DNA of 34,026 nt. Origin: Elusimicrobiota bacterium. GTDB taxonomy: Bacteria > CG03 > SLGR01 > JBDRKX01. The stretch is from contig JBDRKX010000113.1 in the NCBI GenBank assembly GCA_043813605.1, positions 1 to 34,026 on the forward strand, in the 5' to 3' direction. How positions within the stretch are numbered: position 1 is the first letter of the stretch; each line of letters starts with the position of its first letter. Made by a program: the position numbers and the translations under genes. The notes below the pieces were generated by a model. It searched no databases. It was not told the DNA's origin and was given only the letters and a program-made list of their open reading frames with translations. Below, piece by piece: positions 8,396-19,582 of the stretch.

Positions 8396-10363
8396 TTATT
8401 CACGGATATACCGGTAGTCTTTATGAAGAAGATTACCGTAAAGACCTGTTCTTGATTCCGGGAATGCGGCTATATTGAACAATACCCAGAATGCTGTTTC
8501 CGCTCCCCTTGTCAGTATCTTGAATTCCATATCCCAGCAATGCAAGTTCCTGCGCAGTGTCAAACTCTTCTCAATGAATTCATCAAACCTGTAATTTCCG
8601 GCTTGGGACCTGTTCATATAGAACCTTGTGTCTACTGATACATCATAGGGAAAACGCTTTATAGTGAAAAATTGTCCAAGTTCAAGTCTGTCCGGGTAAA
8701 GGTAATTATACCTGAGACGGCTTGTTGATATATCCCTGATATTAACATCACAGTACCATTCTTCTGTTATCCTGTCGTAGTAATCATACCTGTTTGTCAG
8801 GTACAAACTGCTGCGCCCGCGATACAGCCTGAGCCTGGTATAAAAATCTCCTGCCGGTTCATTCACATCTTCCGTGAAATCGTACGAACTTGCCGATATA
8901 AGCGACAGGTTCGGAAAAGGCCTGTATTCTATCTCGTATGTAAGCAGATTATTTATTATCATCATGGGATATTCAACAGCCCGCCGCCATGTATAATTGC
9001 CCCGGACAAAAAACCTGTTATATAACCCGTGCTGCATGGCCATGAACATGCTCGTATACCTTCTGAGTGACGTACGGTATGTACCGTCAAATCCCAGGCC
9101 CGGAGTCAGCGATATATAATACATCCTGCTCATATTAAACCGGTAGGTCTTATCTACCCTGCTGTTCCAGGATACCGCCTGTTCCCATTTATCTGAAGAT
9201 GTATTATAGTCGTTCATATAGCTTACGCTCTGAGAATAGAGCGCGTTTCCGGGAATGCGTATCGAATAAAGCCTGAATTCAGCTCCGGGCAGTACATAGC
9301 TACTTATCGCATATTCCTGGCCGGTCCATTCCTCCTTTTTGTTGCCGTATATACTTGCGGTATATTTCGCCCGTGAATATTCCAGACCAAGCTGATAATA
9401 GAGCTCTTTTTTATTTAAATCCGTGTCCATCCTGTCATAATCGTAATTAAACAGGTAGTTTGACGCATATTCTGTCCTGTACCTGATACTGGAATACTCG
9501 CCCAACTCCTGCCAGCCTCTGGCGTAGACCCTGCCCCTGTCGACATGATCGGCTTTATCATTTATATAATACAGGTCAATATCCGAATACCCTTTGTCGG
9601 TCCTGTAACTGTGTCCGGCTTTAAATCCGGCGCCTCTTATTGTCATAAGATCCAATCCCGCATAAGACCTGGAATTTCCCGTAAACGGGTATGAAAACCT
9701 CGTGTTGATGAAATCCCCGGCGCCGGAACTGCTTCCGATATCAGCACTGATTTCCAGTTTTCTGGGACCCAGTCTCCTGGTATAATAAGGATAGAAAAAA
9801 ACGGGCATCTTTCTTACCAAAAGCGCGGTATTGGTAGCACTCAACCTTGAACCGGTCTTCAGGTATATGTTCTTTCCCCTGAAACTGTAATGCGGCGGTT
9901 TATGTTCACACGTAGTTATATCACCGAAAGGGACAAGGAACTCGTTACTGCTTTTTATAATTACTTCTTTTGCGTATATGCGCATCGGCAGAGCTTCTAT
10001 CACAGTATTATATACCGTACCGGTAGAAGAGTCTATATGGTATATCATCGTATCCGCATTGAGGCTGTAATTATCCCTTTTAAAACTGACATTGCCCAGG
10101 GCATATATCAGTTCCTGGGATTTAATATATTCGATCTCATCAGAGAAAAGTTCAATATTTTCATGTACCACTCTTACATTACCGGCAGCTTTGATCCTTT
10201 CAGCTTTTTGATCGCAGGATATGCTGTCAGCAAAGATGTCGACTTTTTTTGCCGTTGTACTGTTGATAACTGACTGTGAACTGTCTTCCGCTAATACCGG
10301 CAGGTATGCATTGACACAGAAAAGTATAAGTAAATAGACTTTTTTTATCATGCTTATTTTCAT
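8396..10363 (-). CDS. LptD-like LPS-assembly outer-membrane protein
   Basis: Signal peptide, OstA-like beta-jellyroll (AAGNVRV, ALGNV), ITTC...PHY, PVFFYPY, aromatic-rich beta-barrel region, LHCW near the C-terminus. Confidence 0.75.
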   Translation of the reverse strand: MKISMIKKVYLLILFCVNAYLPVLAEDSSQSVINSTTAKKVDIFADSISCDQKAERIKAAGNVRVVHENIELFSDEIEYIKSQELIYALGNVSFKRDNYSLNADTMIYHIDSSTGTVYNTVIEALPMRIYAKEVIIKSSNEFLVPFGDITTCEHKPPHYSFRGKNIYLKTGSRLSATNTALLVRKMPVFFYPYYTRRLGPRKLEISADIGSSSGAGDFINTRFSYPFTGNSRSYAGLDLMTIRGAGFKAGHSYRTDKGYSDIDLYYINDKADHVDRGRVYARGWQELGEYSSIRYRTEYASNYLFNYDYDRMDTDLNKKELYYQLGLEYSRAKYTASIYGNKKEEWTGQEYAISSYVLPGAEFRLYSIRIPGNALYSQSVSYMNDYNTSSDKWEQAVSWNSRVDKTYRFNMSRMYYISLTPGLGFDGTYRTSLRRYTSMFMAMQHGLYNRFFVRGNYTWRRAVEYPMMIINNLLTYEIEYRPFPNLSLISASSYDFTEDVNEPAGDFYTRLRLYRGRSSLYLTNRYDYYDRITEEWYCDVNIRDISTSRLRYNYLYPDRLELGQFFTIKRFPYDVSVDTRFYMNRSQAGNYRFDEFIEKSLTLRRNLHCWDMEFKILTRGAETAFWVLFNIAAFPESRTGLYGNLLHKDYRYIRE

Positions 10364-11574
10364 AATCCTACCGCATTAAGCGCGTGCCTTACTATTGAAA
10401 AAGATCCGCATGCTACAAGCCAGTCTCCGGGGTGCATCGTGCTGAGTGCATTAGACTGCGCCTCGTTATATGAGTTCACTGCCTTGCAGTTTTTTCCGAA
10501 AATATCAGCAAGTGCCATTGCATCAAGTCCTCTTTCAGATTCGGGCTTAAGTACCCATACATAATCGGCAAGGGGCTTTATTATTTCAGCCATTTTAGCA
10601 TAATCCTTGTCCTTATATACACCTATTATTATGTGTAACCGTGATTTTTCCGGTTTCCATTCTTCAATAAAATCCTTCACTTTCTCCATACCGGCAGGGT
10701 TATGCGCAGCATCGACCACAAAAGTCCTGTCTTCAGGCAGAGAGAACATCTCCATCCTGCCGCTGTTACGGCTGTTTGAGACAGCTTTTTTTATGATATC
10801 CGTATCCCTGAATCCCAGTGCCAATGCGGCTGTCAATGCAGCGGCAGCATTATAACACTGATGCCGGCCTTTCAGCGAAAGGACTATGTCTTCTATCCGG
10901 TAATCTCCGAATATCAGCGTAAAGGAATAATTTCCATACTCAAGAGGATGGATATCGTCAACATACCAATCAGTTCCCAGCCTGTATACCTTTGAACCTG
11001 ATTCAGAGCCCCTGTTGCTGATTATCTCAGATCCTGAATAATCAACTACTATCGACTCTTTTTTTATAATACCCGCTTTTTCGAGTGCAATTTCTTCAAT
11101 CGTAGAGCCCAGGTATTGGGTATGTTCTACCGATATCGGTGTCACAAGCGAGAGTAACTTGTTCTCACATACATTAGTTGCATCCAACCGCCCGCCAAGA
11201 CCTGTTTCCATAACTGATATATCACACCTTTCATCAGAGAAATATTTTATTGCCGCACAGGTAACAGTCTCGAATTTTGTCAGCTGAGCACCGCTTATTT
11301 TTTCTGCGTCTCTTATTTCACCGAGTATTTTGCGGAACCTTTTCTTTGATATCGCTGCCTGGTTTATTTTTATCCTTTCCGTAAAGTCAAAGATATGCGG
11401 TGAAGTATACAGCCCTGTTTTCTTTGATGATGCTGACAGGATATCATTCAACATTACGGCGGCAGATCCCTTACCGTTAGTACCGGAAACAGTGACTACC
11501 GGTATACTTAGGTGTGGAGAACCGAGTTCTTCAAGTGCGCTCTTGAGCTGTTCAATCTGAAAATTATAATCCAA
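10360..11574 (-). CDS. folC: Bifunctional folylpolyglutamate/dihydrofolate synthase
   Basis: GTNGKGS P-loop, YTSPH, ETGLGGRLDATNV, EKAGI, DAAHN, GSF; TTG start directly after accD. Confidence 0.92.
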   Translation of the reverse strand: MDYNFQIEQLKSALEELGSPHLSIPVVTVSGTNGKGSAAVMLNDILSASSKKTGLYTSPHIFDFTERIKINQAAISKKRFRKILGEIRDAEKISGAQLTKFETVTCAAIKYFSDERCDISVMETGLGGRLDATNVCENKLLSLVTPISVEHTQYLGSTIEEIALEKAGIIKKESIVVDYSGSEIISNRGSESGSKVYRLGTDWYVDDIHPLEYGNYSFTLIFGDYRIEDIVLSLKGRHQCYNAAAALTAALALGFRDTDIIKKAVSNSRNSGRMEMFSLPEDRTFVVDAAHNPAGMEKVKDFIEEWKPEKSRLHIIIGVYKDKDYAKMAEIIKPLADYVWVLKPESERGLDAMALADIFGKNCKAVNSYNEAQSNALSTMHPGDWLVACGSFSIVRHALNAVGL

Positions 11575-12393
11575 CTATTTCAAATTCACCCGAACGCGTT
11601 GGAAAAGATCGAGCAGCCTTATTATTGTAGACCTGATATCTTCCCTCTTCACGACCATATCTAACATCCCGTGCTCAAGAACGAATTCAGCTTTTTGAAA
11701 TCCCGGAGGCAGTTCCTCCTTGATCGTCTGTTTTATCACACGAGGCCCCGCAAAAGCGATAAGTGACCTGGGTTCCGAAATATTAACATCTCCCAGCATG
11801 GCAAATGATGCAGAAACACCGCCGCTCGTCGGATCGCACATTACTGACAGATAAGGTATTTTTTCTTCACTGAGTCTCGCTATTGCCGCTGCTGTTTTCG
11901 CCATTTGCATCAGAGAGAGTATCCCCTCCTGCATTCTCGCTCCTCCTGAAGAAGAGATAATAATCATCGGATATCTTTTACTTATTGCTCTCTCTACTGC
12001 TCTGCACACCTTCTCACCTACAACAGAGCCCATACTTCCGCCCATAAAAGAAAAATCGAGTACGCATATCACCGCGTTCATTCCGCCTATCAGCGCCGTG
12101 CCTGACCTTACTGCCTCTTTCAGGTTGGTTTTTTCCATGTTTTCCTTCACTCTTTCCGCATAGGATTTTACATCGATGAACTTGAGCGGGTCGGCGGCCG
12201 TGATATTCCTGTCATACTCCTTGAAAGAACCTTCGTCAGCAAGCATCTGAAGCCTCAACAGCGACGGCAGCCGCAGATAGTAATCGCAATTAGGACATAC
12301 CCACAGATTCTCTATAAGTTCCTTTCCGTATACAGAATAGTTACATGCTGGGCACTTCTGAAACAGATCAGCAGGAATAGCTTTTTTTACCAC
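11575..12393 (-). CDS. accD: Acetyl-CoA carboxylase carboxyltransferase beta subunit
   Basis: CPAC...CPNC zinc finger, FMGGSMGSVVGEK, SGGARMQEG, FAGPRVI. Confidence 0.96.
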   Translation of the reverse strand: MVKKAIPADLFQKCPACNYSVYGKELIENLWVCPNCDYYLRLPSLLRLQMLADEGSFKEYDRNITAADPLKFIDVKSYAERVKENMEKTNLKEAVRSGTALIGGMNAVICVLDFSFMGGSMGSVVGEKVCRAVERAISKRYPMIIISSSGGARMQEGILSLMQMAKTAAAIARLSEEKIPYLSVMCDPTSGGVSASFAMLGDVNISEPRSLIAFAGPRVIKQTIKEELPPGFQKAEFVLEHGMLDMVVKREDIRSTIIRLLDLFQRVRVNLK

Positions 12394-12986
12394 AATGATA
12401 TCTCCCTTATATACTCTTTCATCTTTTCGTAATCGATTTTTCTGGGCGATTTTTCAATAATCCTCCTGATACTCCAGGCCGCGGGTTGTATTATTTCACA
12501 CGCCTTTTTAATATCAGCGAGTTCCCAGTCTCCCTCTATCATAACGCGTTCCATATTGTATTTTTTCTTAAGAGACAATAGTTGTTCCGGCCCGGTTCCT
12601 TCAGGAAGGGTTATCTGTATAAACCTGACATAGGGAGAATTGCAGATACTATCGTCAATTCCCTGTGTTTCATATATTACCGGACAGGCCATGACTTCGA
12701 ATTTACCCGGCACTTCATCCTGAAGAGACGCTTCTCCATTCTTTAACTGTATATACCCGGGTTTCAGTTTATTAACTTCACGCATGGATATCCTGTTTAT
12801 GTCGCCGAACTCTGCAATAAACCCGGTATACGACGGCAGCATATCCCTTATTTCAATAGCGCGGCCCAAAGAAACCTTTTTATCTGATTCCTCTTCCATT
12901 GATACCGAAATGTATTCCACACCCAGTATCGCCGCCCATTTGGCATCTTCCTCATTTGTTATTCCGGATATCTTTATTCCCGGCAT
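12387..12986 (-). CDS. Degenerate TrpF-like (PRAI-fold) protein
   Basis: N-terminus IKISGITNEEDA and C-terminus EKSPRKIDYEKM echo TrpF, but the catalytic Cys and other motifs are missing. Confidence 0.6.
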   Translation of the reverse strand: MPGIKISGITNEEDAKWAAILGVEYISVSMEEESDKKVSLGRAIEIRDMLPSYTGFIAEFGDINRISMREVNKLKPGYIQLKNGEASLQDEVPGKFEVMACPVIYETQGIDDSICNSPYVRFIQITLPEGTGPEQLLSLKKKYNMERVMIEGDWELADIKKACEIIQPAAWSIRRIIEKSPRKIDYEKMKEYIREISLW

Positions 12987-13001
12987 AGAATTCCCCCAGG
13001 T

Positions 13002-13808
13002 TTAAACACCGCCTTTTACGCTTTTTTTTTGACCCGATTTGCGCCTGCAGGCTGCAAGCCCTTTTTTTATACTTATAGCAAATTTTTCTATTTCTTTAAA
13101 GTAGTTGCGTTCACTTCCCGAAATCATTTTTACAATAGCAGAACCGATTATTATGCCATCAGCTTCTGTCCCCACAAGCGCTGCCTGAGATGTTGTAGAT
13201 ATACCGAAACCGCAGTATACCGGGACCTTTGAAGCTCTCTTTACTTCTTTTATCCTGGTTTTAATATTCCCGGCCATCTTGCTCCTCATGCCTGTTGTAC
13301 CGAACCTGCTCACATAATACATAAACGGAAAACAGCTGGCCGATATCTTCTTTATCCTTCCGGAAGACGTAGCGGGTGATGAAAGGAAGACCGCCCCTAT
13401 TCCGAGTCCATTCATTAATCTCAGGTATTCTTCTGATTCGTCTACCGGCAGATCCGGTATTATAACGGAAGCAAAACCGGCATCAACCGCTGATCTCATA
13501 TTTTTCTCAAATCCGCCGGAATAGAGCGGATTAAGATACGACATTAGCACCAGGGGCATATTGAGATTCTGCTTTTCACGCGCTAAAGCCGCTGTTATAG
13601 TCTTAAATGACGCGCCTTTTTCTATTGCGATCCTGGATGATTCCTGGATAACCGGCCCGTCCGCAACAGGGTCCGAAAACGGTATTCCCACTTCCACGAA
13701 ATCCGCCAATCCCTTCCTGTCAATAAACTTGACGAGCCTTATAAAGGATTCCATATCAGGGTATCCTCCGGTAAGGAACAGGCTTAAGCCCGGCCGGTCC
13801 TGTTTCAT
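13002..13808 (-). CDS. trpA: Tryptophan synthase alpha chain
   Basis: EVGIPFSDPVADGPVIQ, MSYLNP, IIPDLP, GTTG, GFGIS, DGIIIGSA. Start probably the ATG at 13808 (ORF track gives 13892). Confidence 0.95.
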   Translation of the reverse strand: MKQDRPGLSLFLTGGYPDMESFIRLVKFIDRKGLADFVEVGIPFSDPVADGPVIQESSRIAIEKGASFKTITAALAREKQNLNMPLVLMSYLNPLYSGGFEKNMRSAVDAGFASVIIPDLPVDESEEYLRLMNGLGIGAVFLSSPATSSGRIKKISASCFPFMYYVSRFGTTGMRSKMAGNIKTRIKEVKRASKVPVYCGFGISTTSQAALVGTEADGIIIGSAIVKMISGSERNYFKEIEKFAISIKKGLAACRRKSGQKKSVKGGV

Positions 13809-13824
13809 AAGGTCCCTGATATTC

Positions 13825-14952
13825 TTATCCAGTTTTTCTGCGTATGATATCAATATCCTTTTCTCCTCTTCCCGAAAGGCAGACAACAACACAATCGGTC
13901 TTTTTCCATTTTCTTTTCATAACCCATGCCAGCGCATGTGAAGATTCGAGAGCCGGTATTATACCTTCGTTCTCTGTAAGCCATTTAAACGCTTTTACGG
14001 CAGCTTTGTCATTAACAAAAAAATATAAGGCCCTTTTCGTATCATTGTAATACGAATGTTCCGGGCCGACACCGGAGTAATCCAGCCCGGGAGCGATAGA
14101 ATGCGCATTAAGTATCTGACCGTCACTATCATACAAGAGGTAACTCTTTGCCCCCTGCAGTATACCTACTTTACCTTTGTTTATGGATGCGCCGCCGCCT
14201 GCTTCCACACCGATAAATTCTACCTCAGTATCCTTGAAGAACGGATGGAAAAGTCCTATAGCGTTAGACCCGCCGCCTACACAAGCCACAAGATGCGTGG
14301 GCCCGGTCTTCAGCTGTCTTTTAACCTCCCTGCCTATAACGGATTGAAAATCCCTGACCATCGTAGGATAGGGATGGGGTCCTACACATGAACCGACTAT
14401 ATAACTGGTATTTTCAGGTTCTTCTACCCATTCTCTTAATGCAGCGTTAACAGCTTCCTTCAGTGTCATACCGCCTTCCGTTACTTCTCTCAACTCGGCA
14501 TTGAGAAGTTTCATACGGTATACGTTCTCTGCCTGGCGTTTCACATCCTTTGCGCCCATAAAAACCACACATTTTATACCGAAAAGCGCCGCTGCCGTTG
14601 CTGTAGCCACACCATGCTGTCCGGCACCCGTTTCAGCTATTATCCTGGTCTTTCGCATCCTGCTGGCAAGCAGTGCCTGGCCCAGGGCATTATTTATCTT
14701 ATGGGCACCCGTGTGACAAAGATCTTCCCTTTTAAGATAGACACGGCAGCCGCATCTGTTCGAGAGTTTTTTTGAATGGTATAAAGGCGTCGGCCGGCCC
14801 GCGTAATTCTCAAGGAGAGTTTTAAGTTCATTTCTGAAACCAGGCTCCCTGCTGAACCTGGAATAACCCTTTTCCAGTAGAGATAAAACAGGCATCAGGG
14901 TCTCAGGTACATACCTTCCCCCGAAACCGCCGAAATAACCCTTATTCGGCAT
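13825..14952 (-). CDS. trpB: Tryptophan synthase beta chain
   Basis: [22 protein letters not shown] (PLP Lys), [35 protein letters not shown]. Confidence 0.97.
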   Translation of the reverse strand: MPNKGYFGGFGGRYVPETLMPVLSLLEKGYSRFSREPGFRNELKTLLENYAGRPTPLYHSKKLSNRCGCRVYLKREDLCHTGAHKINNALGQALLASRMRKTRIIAETGAGQHGVATATAAALFGIKCVVFMGAKDVKRQAENVYRMKLLNAELREVTEGGMTLKEAVNAALREWVEEPENTSYIVGSCVGPHPYPTMVRDFQSVIGREVKRQLKTGPTHLVACVGGGSNAIGLFHPFFKDTEVEFIGVEAGGGASINKGKVGILQGAKSYLLYDSDGQILNAHSIAPGLDYSGVGPEHSYYNDTKRALYFFVNDKAAVKAFKWLTENEGIIPALESSHALAWVMKRKWKKTDCVVVCLSGRGEKDIDIIRRKTG

Positions 14953-15568
14953 GTGATCTTACCTTCATAATTATTTTCCTTACCGCGTCACGGTCCTTGA
15001 TCCCCGGCGAAACCTCACTCCCGGATGCGATATCAATACCATAAATGTCATACGAAACCAGTTCCTCCACATTGGCCGGACCGATACCGCCTGCTACAAA
15101 GAGCCTGTTCCTTACCTCGCTGCCCAGGCCGGCGAGCTTATTCCATTCGAATCTTCTGCCCGAACCCCCGAATTCCGGAGTCCGGGTATCACACAAGATA
15201 TAATCAGCCGTATCCAGCATATCACCGAACTCGTCTTTCCGCCCTATTTGGGTTTTTTTTATCAGGTATACACCCGGCAGAGCTTTTTTAAGTTCTCTTA
15301 GTATATACTTACTTTCGTTCCCGTGCAACTGTATATACCCCGGTGAGTATTCTTCCGCCAGGAGTATCAGTTCGTCCACAGGCATATCAACACACACAAA
15401 TACGCTCTGCTTTCCTGTATCAGGGACAATAAGGTCTTTGAGCTTTGAAACCGGCACATATCTTTTCGAGCCGCTGTACAGGTTGAATCCAAGAAGATCG
15501 GCACCTTCGGAAACACACATGTCTCTGTCGTCTATAGTCGTAATACCGCAGATCTTCACCAGTGTCAT
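14942..15568 (-). CDS. trpF: Phosphoribosylanthranilate isomerase
   Basis: [35 protein letters not shown]. Confidence 0.93.
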   Translation of the reverse strand: MTLVKICGITTIDDRDMCVSEGADLLGFNLYSGSKRYVPVSKLKDLIVPDTGKQSVFVCVDMPVDELILLAEEYSPGYIQLHGNESKYILRELKKALPGVYLIKKTQIGRKDEFGDMLDTADYILCDTRTPEFGGSGRRFEWNKLAGLGSEVRNRLFVAGGIGPANVEELVSYDIYGIDIASGSEVSPGIKDRDAVRKIIMKVRSHAE

Positions 15569-15579
15569 CAGATCACCCT

Positions 15580-16350
15580 TTAGCTGCCCTTAAGTTCCCT
15601 GATCTTTGCCGCAGGATCATCAGAGGCCACAATGGCTTCGCCGACAAGTACGGCATCATAACCCGCATCGCCAAGCTCTTTGACCCGCAAAGCGGAATCT
15701 ATACCGCTTTCCGCAACTTTCACGAGATTCGGCGGTATCATCCCTGCTGCTTCAGTATGTATACTGCTGTCAATTTCAAGTGTTTTCAGGTTCCTGCAGT
15801 TTACACCGACTATTTCCAGCCCCTCAAGGCCGACACATCTTTTTAATTCATCTTCCGAATGCACTTCAAGAAGAGCAGAAACACCCGCCTCTCGACATAC
15901 ACCGAGCAGATCTTCCAATTCCGTATGAGAAAGCAATGCCGCTATCAGGAGGACCGCGTCGGCACCTGCGGCGGCTCCCTCGTATATCTGGTACTCAGAA
16001 ATTATAAAATCCTTCATAAGCACCGGTTTAGAGCATATTGATTTCACTGTCTTTATATTGTCTATACTTCCTTTAAAGAACTTTTCTTCAGTAAGCACCG
16101 AAACGGCATCGGCGTCTGTGTCCCTGTAGACAGCCGCAAGATCCCGGACGCTGTACTGCGATATTTCACCTTTTGACGGGGAAGACATCTTTATCTCCGC
16201 TATAAGCCCCATATTACTCTTCTTCAGCGCATTATTGAAAAGACCCTTCACATGGAACCCTGCAGCTTTTTCCTTTAGAACGCTCAATGGTACCGCTTTC
16301 TTATCCAGCAGTCTTTCTTTATGTTCTCTGATCTCTTCTAAGAATTCCAT
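15580..16350 (-). CDS. trpC: Indole-3-glycerol-phosphate synthase
   Basis: IAEIKMSSPSKG, SVLTE, KDFI, GADAVLLI, LEVH, GVNCRNL, AESGI; likely ATG at 16350. Confidence 0.95.
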   Translation of the reverse strand: MEFLEEIREHKERLLDKKAVPLSVLKEKAAGFHVKGLFNNALKKSNMGLIAEIKMSSPSKGEISQYSVRDLAAVYRDTDADAVSVLTEEKFFKGSIDNIKTVKSICSKPVLMKDFIISEYQIYEGAAAGADAVLLIAALLSHTELEDLLGVCREAGVSALLEVHSEDELKRCVGLEGLEIVGVNCRNLKTLEIDSSIHTEAAGMIPPNLVKVAESGIDSALRVKELGDAGYDAVLVGEAIVASDDPAAKIRELKGS

Positions 16351-16927
16351 TTTTCCGTACAATATCTATATAATTGCCGATCAGTTTCATACCTTCATCA
16401 GTAAGTATTGATTCAGGATGGAACTGCACTCCATACACCGGATGTTGTTTATGTTCTATACCCATTATCTCATCAGCATCAGTAGTAGCAGTGATATTAA
16501 GGCTTTCAGGCAGACTTGCCTGTTCTACTATCAGCGAATGATAACGGGTAGCTTCAAACGGATTTTTTAATCCGGCAAAAAGGCCTTTGTCATTATGGTT
16601 TATCATAGAAGTCTTTCCGTGCAGGATTCTTTCCGCGCGCACTACCCTGCCGCCATAAGCTGCAGCGATCGCCTGGTGGCCAAGACATACACCCAGCAAA
16701 GGTATATAGGCACCCGCTTTCCGGATCAATTCTATACTGATTCCCGCTTCTTCCGGAGTACCCGGGCCGGGAGACACTATTATCCCGTCAGGTGAATAGC
16801 CCAGAACTTCATCAACTGATAAAGCGTCGTTCCTGTGAACAACAATATCCGCAGAGTTCAGCCTTCCGACATAATCGCAGATATTGTATACAAATGAATC
16901 ATAATTATCTATTACAACTATTTTCAT
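16319..16927 (-). CDS. trpG: Anthranilate synthase component II (glutamine amidotransferase)
   Basis: IDNYDSF, SPGPG, GVCLGHQ, RYHSL, QFHPES. Confidence 0.95.
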   Translation of the reverse strand: MKIVVIDNYDSFVYNICDYVGRLNSADIVVHRNDALSVDEVLGYSPDGIIVSPGPGTPEEAGISIELIRKAGAYIPLLGVCLGHQAIAAAYGGRVVRAERILHGKTSMINHNDKGLFAGLKNPFEATRYHSLIVEQASLPESLNITATTDADEIMGIEHKQHPVYGVQFHPESILTDEGMKLIGNYIDIVRKNGILRRDQRT

Positions 16928-16933
16928 TTCAGT

Positions 16934-17947
16934 CTACCCGAAACTCTGAGACATTTCTATCAGTTTGTCCAGTTTTAAAGCGGCACTGCCTGTATCAATT
17001 ATCTTCTCAGCCATTTTCACTCCCTCTTTAAAATCCTCTGAAAGTCCGGCCACTACCAGCGCGGCTGAAGCATTAGCAAGGCATATGTCCCTGAATGCAC
17101 CTTTTTCACCCGCAAGGACTTTTCTTGTAATTGAAGCATTAATCTCTTCATCTCCGCCTTTGATATCCTCTATAGAGCTAGTCTTAAGCCCGAAATCATC
17201 GGGTGATATCTCATATGTTTTGACAAAATCATCCTTTAACTCGGATACTTTTGTGGTTCCCGAAAGTGATATCTCGTCAAGCCCGCCATGCCCGTGCACG
17301 ACCATGGCCCTCTTGACTCCAAGGTTTCCCAGCACAGCCGCCATGCTGTCTGTCAACTCCGGAGCATACACACCGAGAAGCTGATAATCAACTGATGCGG
17401 GATTTGTGAGCGGGCCGAGTAAGTTAAACACTGTTCTTATACCTATTTCTTTTCTGGCTCCCGCCGCGTATTTCATAGCCTGGTGAAAAGTCCTGGCATA
17501 AAGGAACCCTATACCGGTCTTCTCTATGCATTCTTTTACTTCTTCAGGCTTGAGTTCTATATTAACACCCAGCTTCTCCAAGACATCAGCAGAACCGCAC
17601 TTACCTGTCGCCGCGCGGTTACCGTGTTTTGCTACTTTCATTCCCGCACCGGCTATTATAAAAGCTACAGTGGTAGAGATATTCATATGGTTTATACCTG
17701 TCCCCCCTGTGGAACACGTATCTAACAGCTCTCCATCCACTTCTATTGAAGAAGCTTTTTCCCTCATGACACGCGCAGCCTGAGTGATCTCGTTAACGGT
17801 AGGAGTCTTTACTGCAAGCAGACTCAGAAACGCGCCTATCTGTGAAGGAGCCGCTTCACCTGTCATTATCTCTTCCATACTCTTTCTCATACCCTCTGAA
17901 GTGAGATCTTTACCTTCGTAGAGATCCTTTATTGACTCCCTAATCAT
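16934..17947 (-). CDS. trpD: Anthranilate phosphoribosyltransferase
   Basis: DTCSTGG, NISTT, KHGNRA, GSADVLE, RTVFNLLGPLTNP, GLDEIS. Confidence 0.96.
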   Translation of the reverse strand: MIRESIKDLYEGKDLTSEGMRKSMEEIMTGEAAPSQIGAFLSLLAVKTPTVNEITQAARVMREKASSIEVDGELLDTCSTGGTGINHMNISTTVAFIIAGAGMKVAKHGNRAATGKCGSADVLEKLGVNIELKPEEVKECIEKTGIGFLYARTFHQAMKYAAGARKEIGIRTVFNLLGPLTNPASVDYQLLGVYAPELTDSMAAVLGNLGVKRAMVVHGHGGLDEISLSGTTKVSELKDDFVKTYEISPDDFGLKTSSIEDIKGGDEEINASITRKVLAGEKGAFRDICLANASAALVVAGLSEDFKEGVKMAEKIIDTGSAALKLDKLIEMSQSFG

Positions 17948-19415
17948 TTATTTTCTCCTTATCATCTATTCTTTCACCAAGCTGAACAGCTTCTAATAAC
18001 GCTCTCGCTTTATTCAGGGTTTCCTGATATTCTCTTTCAGGAACAGAATCCGCCACTATGCCCGCGCCTGCCTGTACATATACATGTCCTTCATACACAA
18101 GCATAGTCCTTATTGTTATACACATATCCATATCGCCCGTAAAAGAGAAATATCCCACAGCCCCCGCATACGGGCCTCTTCTGATATTCTCATTTTTTTC
18201 TATTATCTCTATTGCCCTTATTTTGGGCGCTCCGCTCACGGTACCTGCCGGAAAACATGCCTTCAAAACGTCTATGCAGTTCACATCTTCCCTTAATGTG
18301 CCCGCGACATCGGTCACCATATGTATGACATGTGAATATTTTTCAATAGACATAAGGTTTTTCACCTTTACTGTTCCGTAACGGCAGACTTTACCGAGAT
18401 CGTTCCTGCCGAGATCCACCAGCATAATATGTTCGGCCCTCTCTTTTATGTCCGACTTAAGGTCTTCGGCCAGACTTTTTTCCTCTTCTTCGGTCTTTCC
18501 GCGCGGCCTTGTACCGGCTATGGGCCTTACAACCGCCTCATCACCCGTTACTTTTACAAGTACTTCGGGAGACGACCCGCACAAAACGATGTTATCGAGC
18601 TTGAGATAAAACATATACGGCGAAGGATTGATTATCCTCAATGCCCTGTAATAATTAAATGAATCCGCCCGGGATACAGCTGTCAGCCTCTGTGAAAAGA
18701 CACCCTGTATTATCTCGCCTTTTACTATTTCTTCTTTTATCTTCCGAACCCTTTCATTGAATTCATCTTCACTGAAATTTGAATCGAACTCGAGCCTTTT
18801 CCCCCTCTCAAGTGAAAACAGCCTGACAGGTTCAGGTGTGCGGCTGAGTTTGTCTATTATCGCCTCTATGCTCTTTCCTGCCATGGAATACACGTCATCG
18901 GTCTCATCCCCGTCATCGATCGCAAGCTTTATTATATCCGCCGTATTATAAAGATGATCAAATGCGATCAACTCATCAGTAAAGATAAACACACCCAGAG
19001 GCAGTCCGAGATCCGAAGGATTCTCAAACTTGAGTTTTTCCCAGCTGGCAATGATCTCGTAACTCAGGTATCCTACGAACCCTCCGCAGAGAGGAGGCAG
19101 ATCAGAAGTCTCGGATATCTCATACCCCTCCATAATGGTGTATATCTCGGAAAGAGGATCCGATGTCTTGATCTCCCCGCCAGGCTCAAACCCGGTCCCG
19201 GTCCTTTCGAGCACACGTATCCTGTCATAATATATCTCGTAAACGGATCTCGGGGAAAGGCCTATGAATGAATACCTTCCGGCCTTGCCCTTTTCCACAC
19301 TTTCAAGCAGGAACGAATACCGGTCATCCCTGAATGAATTGTATGCAGAAACGGGTGTAAGAAAATCCGCAACGATCTTTTTACTTATTACAGATATTTT
19401 CTTCTTGTTTTTCAT
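17940..19415 (-). CDS. trpE: Anthranilate synthase component I
   Basis: LLES feedback motif, NPSPYM, PIAGTRPRG, EHIMLVDLGRND, GTVSGAPKIRA, QAGAGIVADS. Confidence 0.96.
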   Translation of the reverse strand: MKNKKKISVISKKIVADFLTPVSAYNSFRDDRYSFLLESVEKGKAGRYSFIGLSPRSVYEIYYDRIRVLERTGTGFEPGGEIKTSDPLSEIYTIMEGYEISETSDLPPLCGGFVGYLSYEIIASWEKLKFENPSDLGLPLGVFIFTDELIAFDHLYNTADIIKLAIDDGDETDDVYSMAGKSIEAIIDKLSRTPEPVRLFSLERGKRLEFDSNFSEDEFNERVRKIKEEIVKGEIIQGVFSQRLTAVSRADSFNYYRALRIINPSPYMFYLKLDNIVLCGSSPEVLVKVTGDEAVVRPIAGTRPRGKTEEEEKSLAEDLKSDIKERAEHIMLVDLGRNDLGKVCRYGTVKVKNLMSIEKYSHVIHMVTDVAGTLREDVNCIDVLKACFPAGTVSGAPKIRAIEIIEKNENIRRGPYAGAVGYFSFTGDMDMCITIRTMLVYEGHVYVQAGAGIVADSVPEREYQETLNKARALLEAVQLGERIDDKEKIND

Positions 19416-19494
19416 TGTTTATTTTCTCGCCAATTTTTCTGTCTGTTTTTTGACCCGCCTGTTTTCGCTTTTTCTCTGATAATTTCCCTAATAT

Positions 19495-19520
19495 AAAAAA
19501 AACGGGCCTTTAGAGCCCGC
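19495..19520 (-). terminator. trp attenuator terminator hairpin
   Basis: - strand GCGGGC-TCTAAAG-GCCCGT running into a U8 tract, about 80 nt upstream of trpE. Confidence 0.85.
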
Positions 19521-19582
19521 ATGTTCAACAATAGGGCGCTCCGGAAGTACGCGCCCTGTACTATTACAAGAAAGGCGTACTT

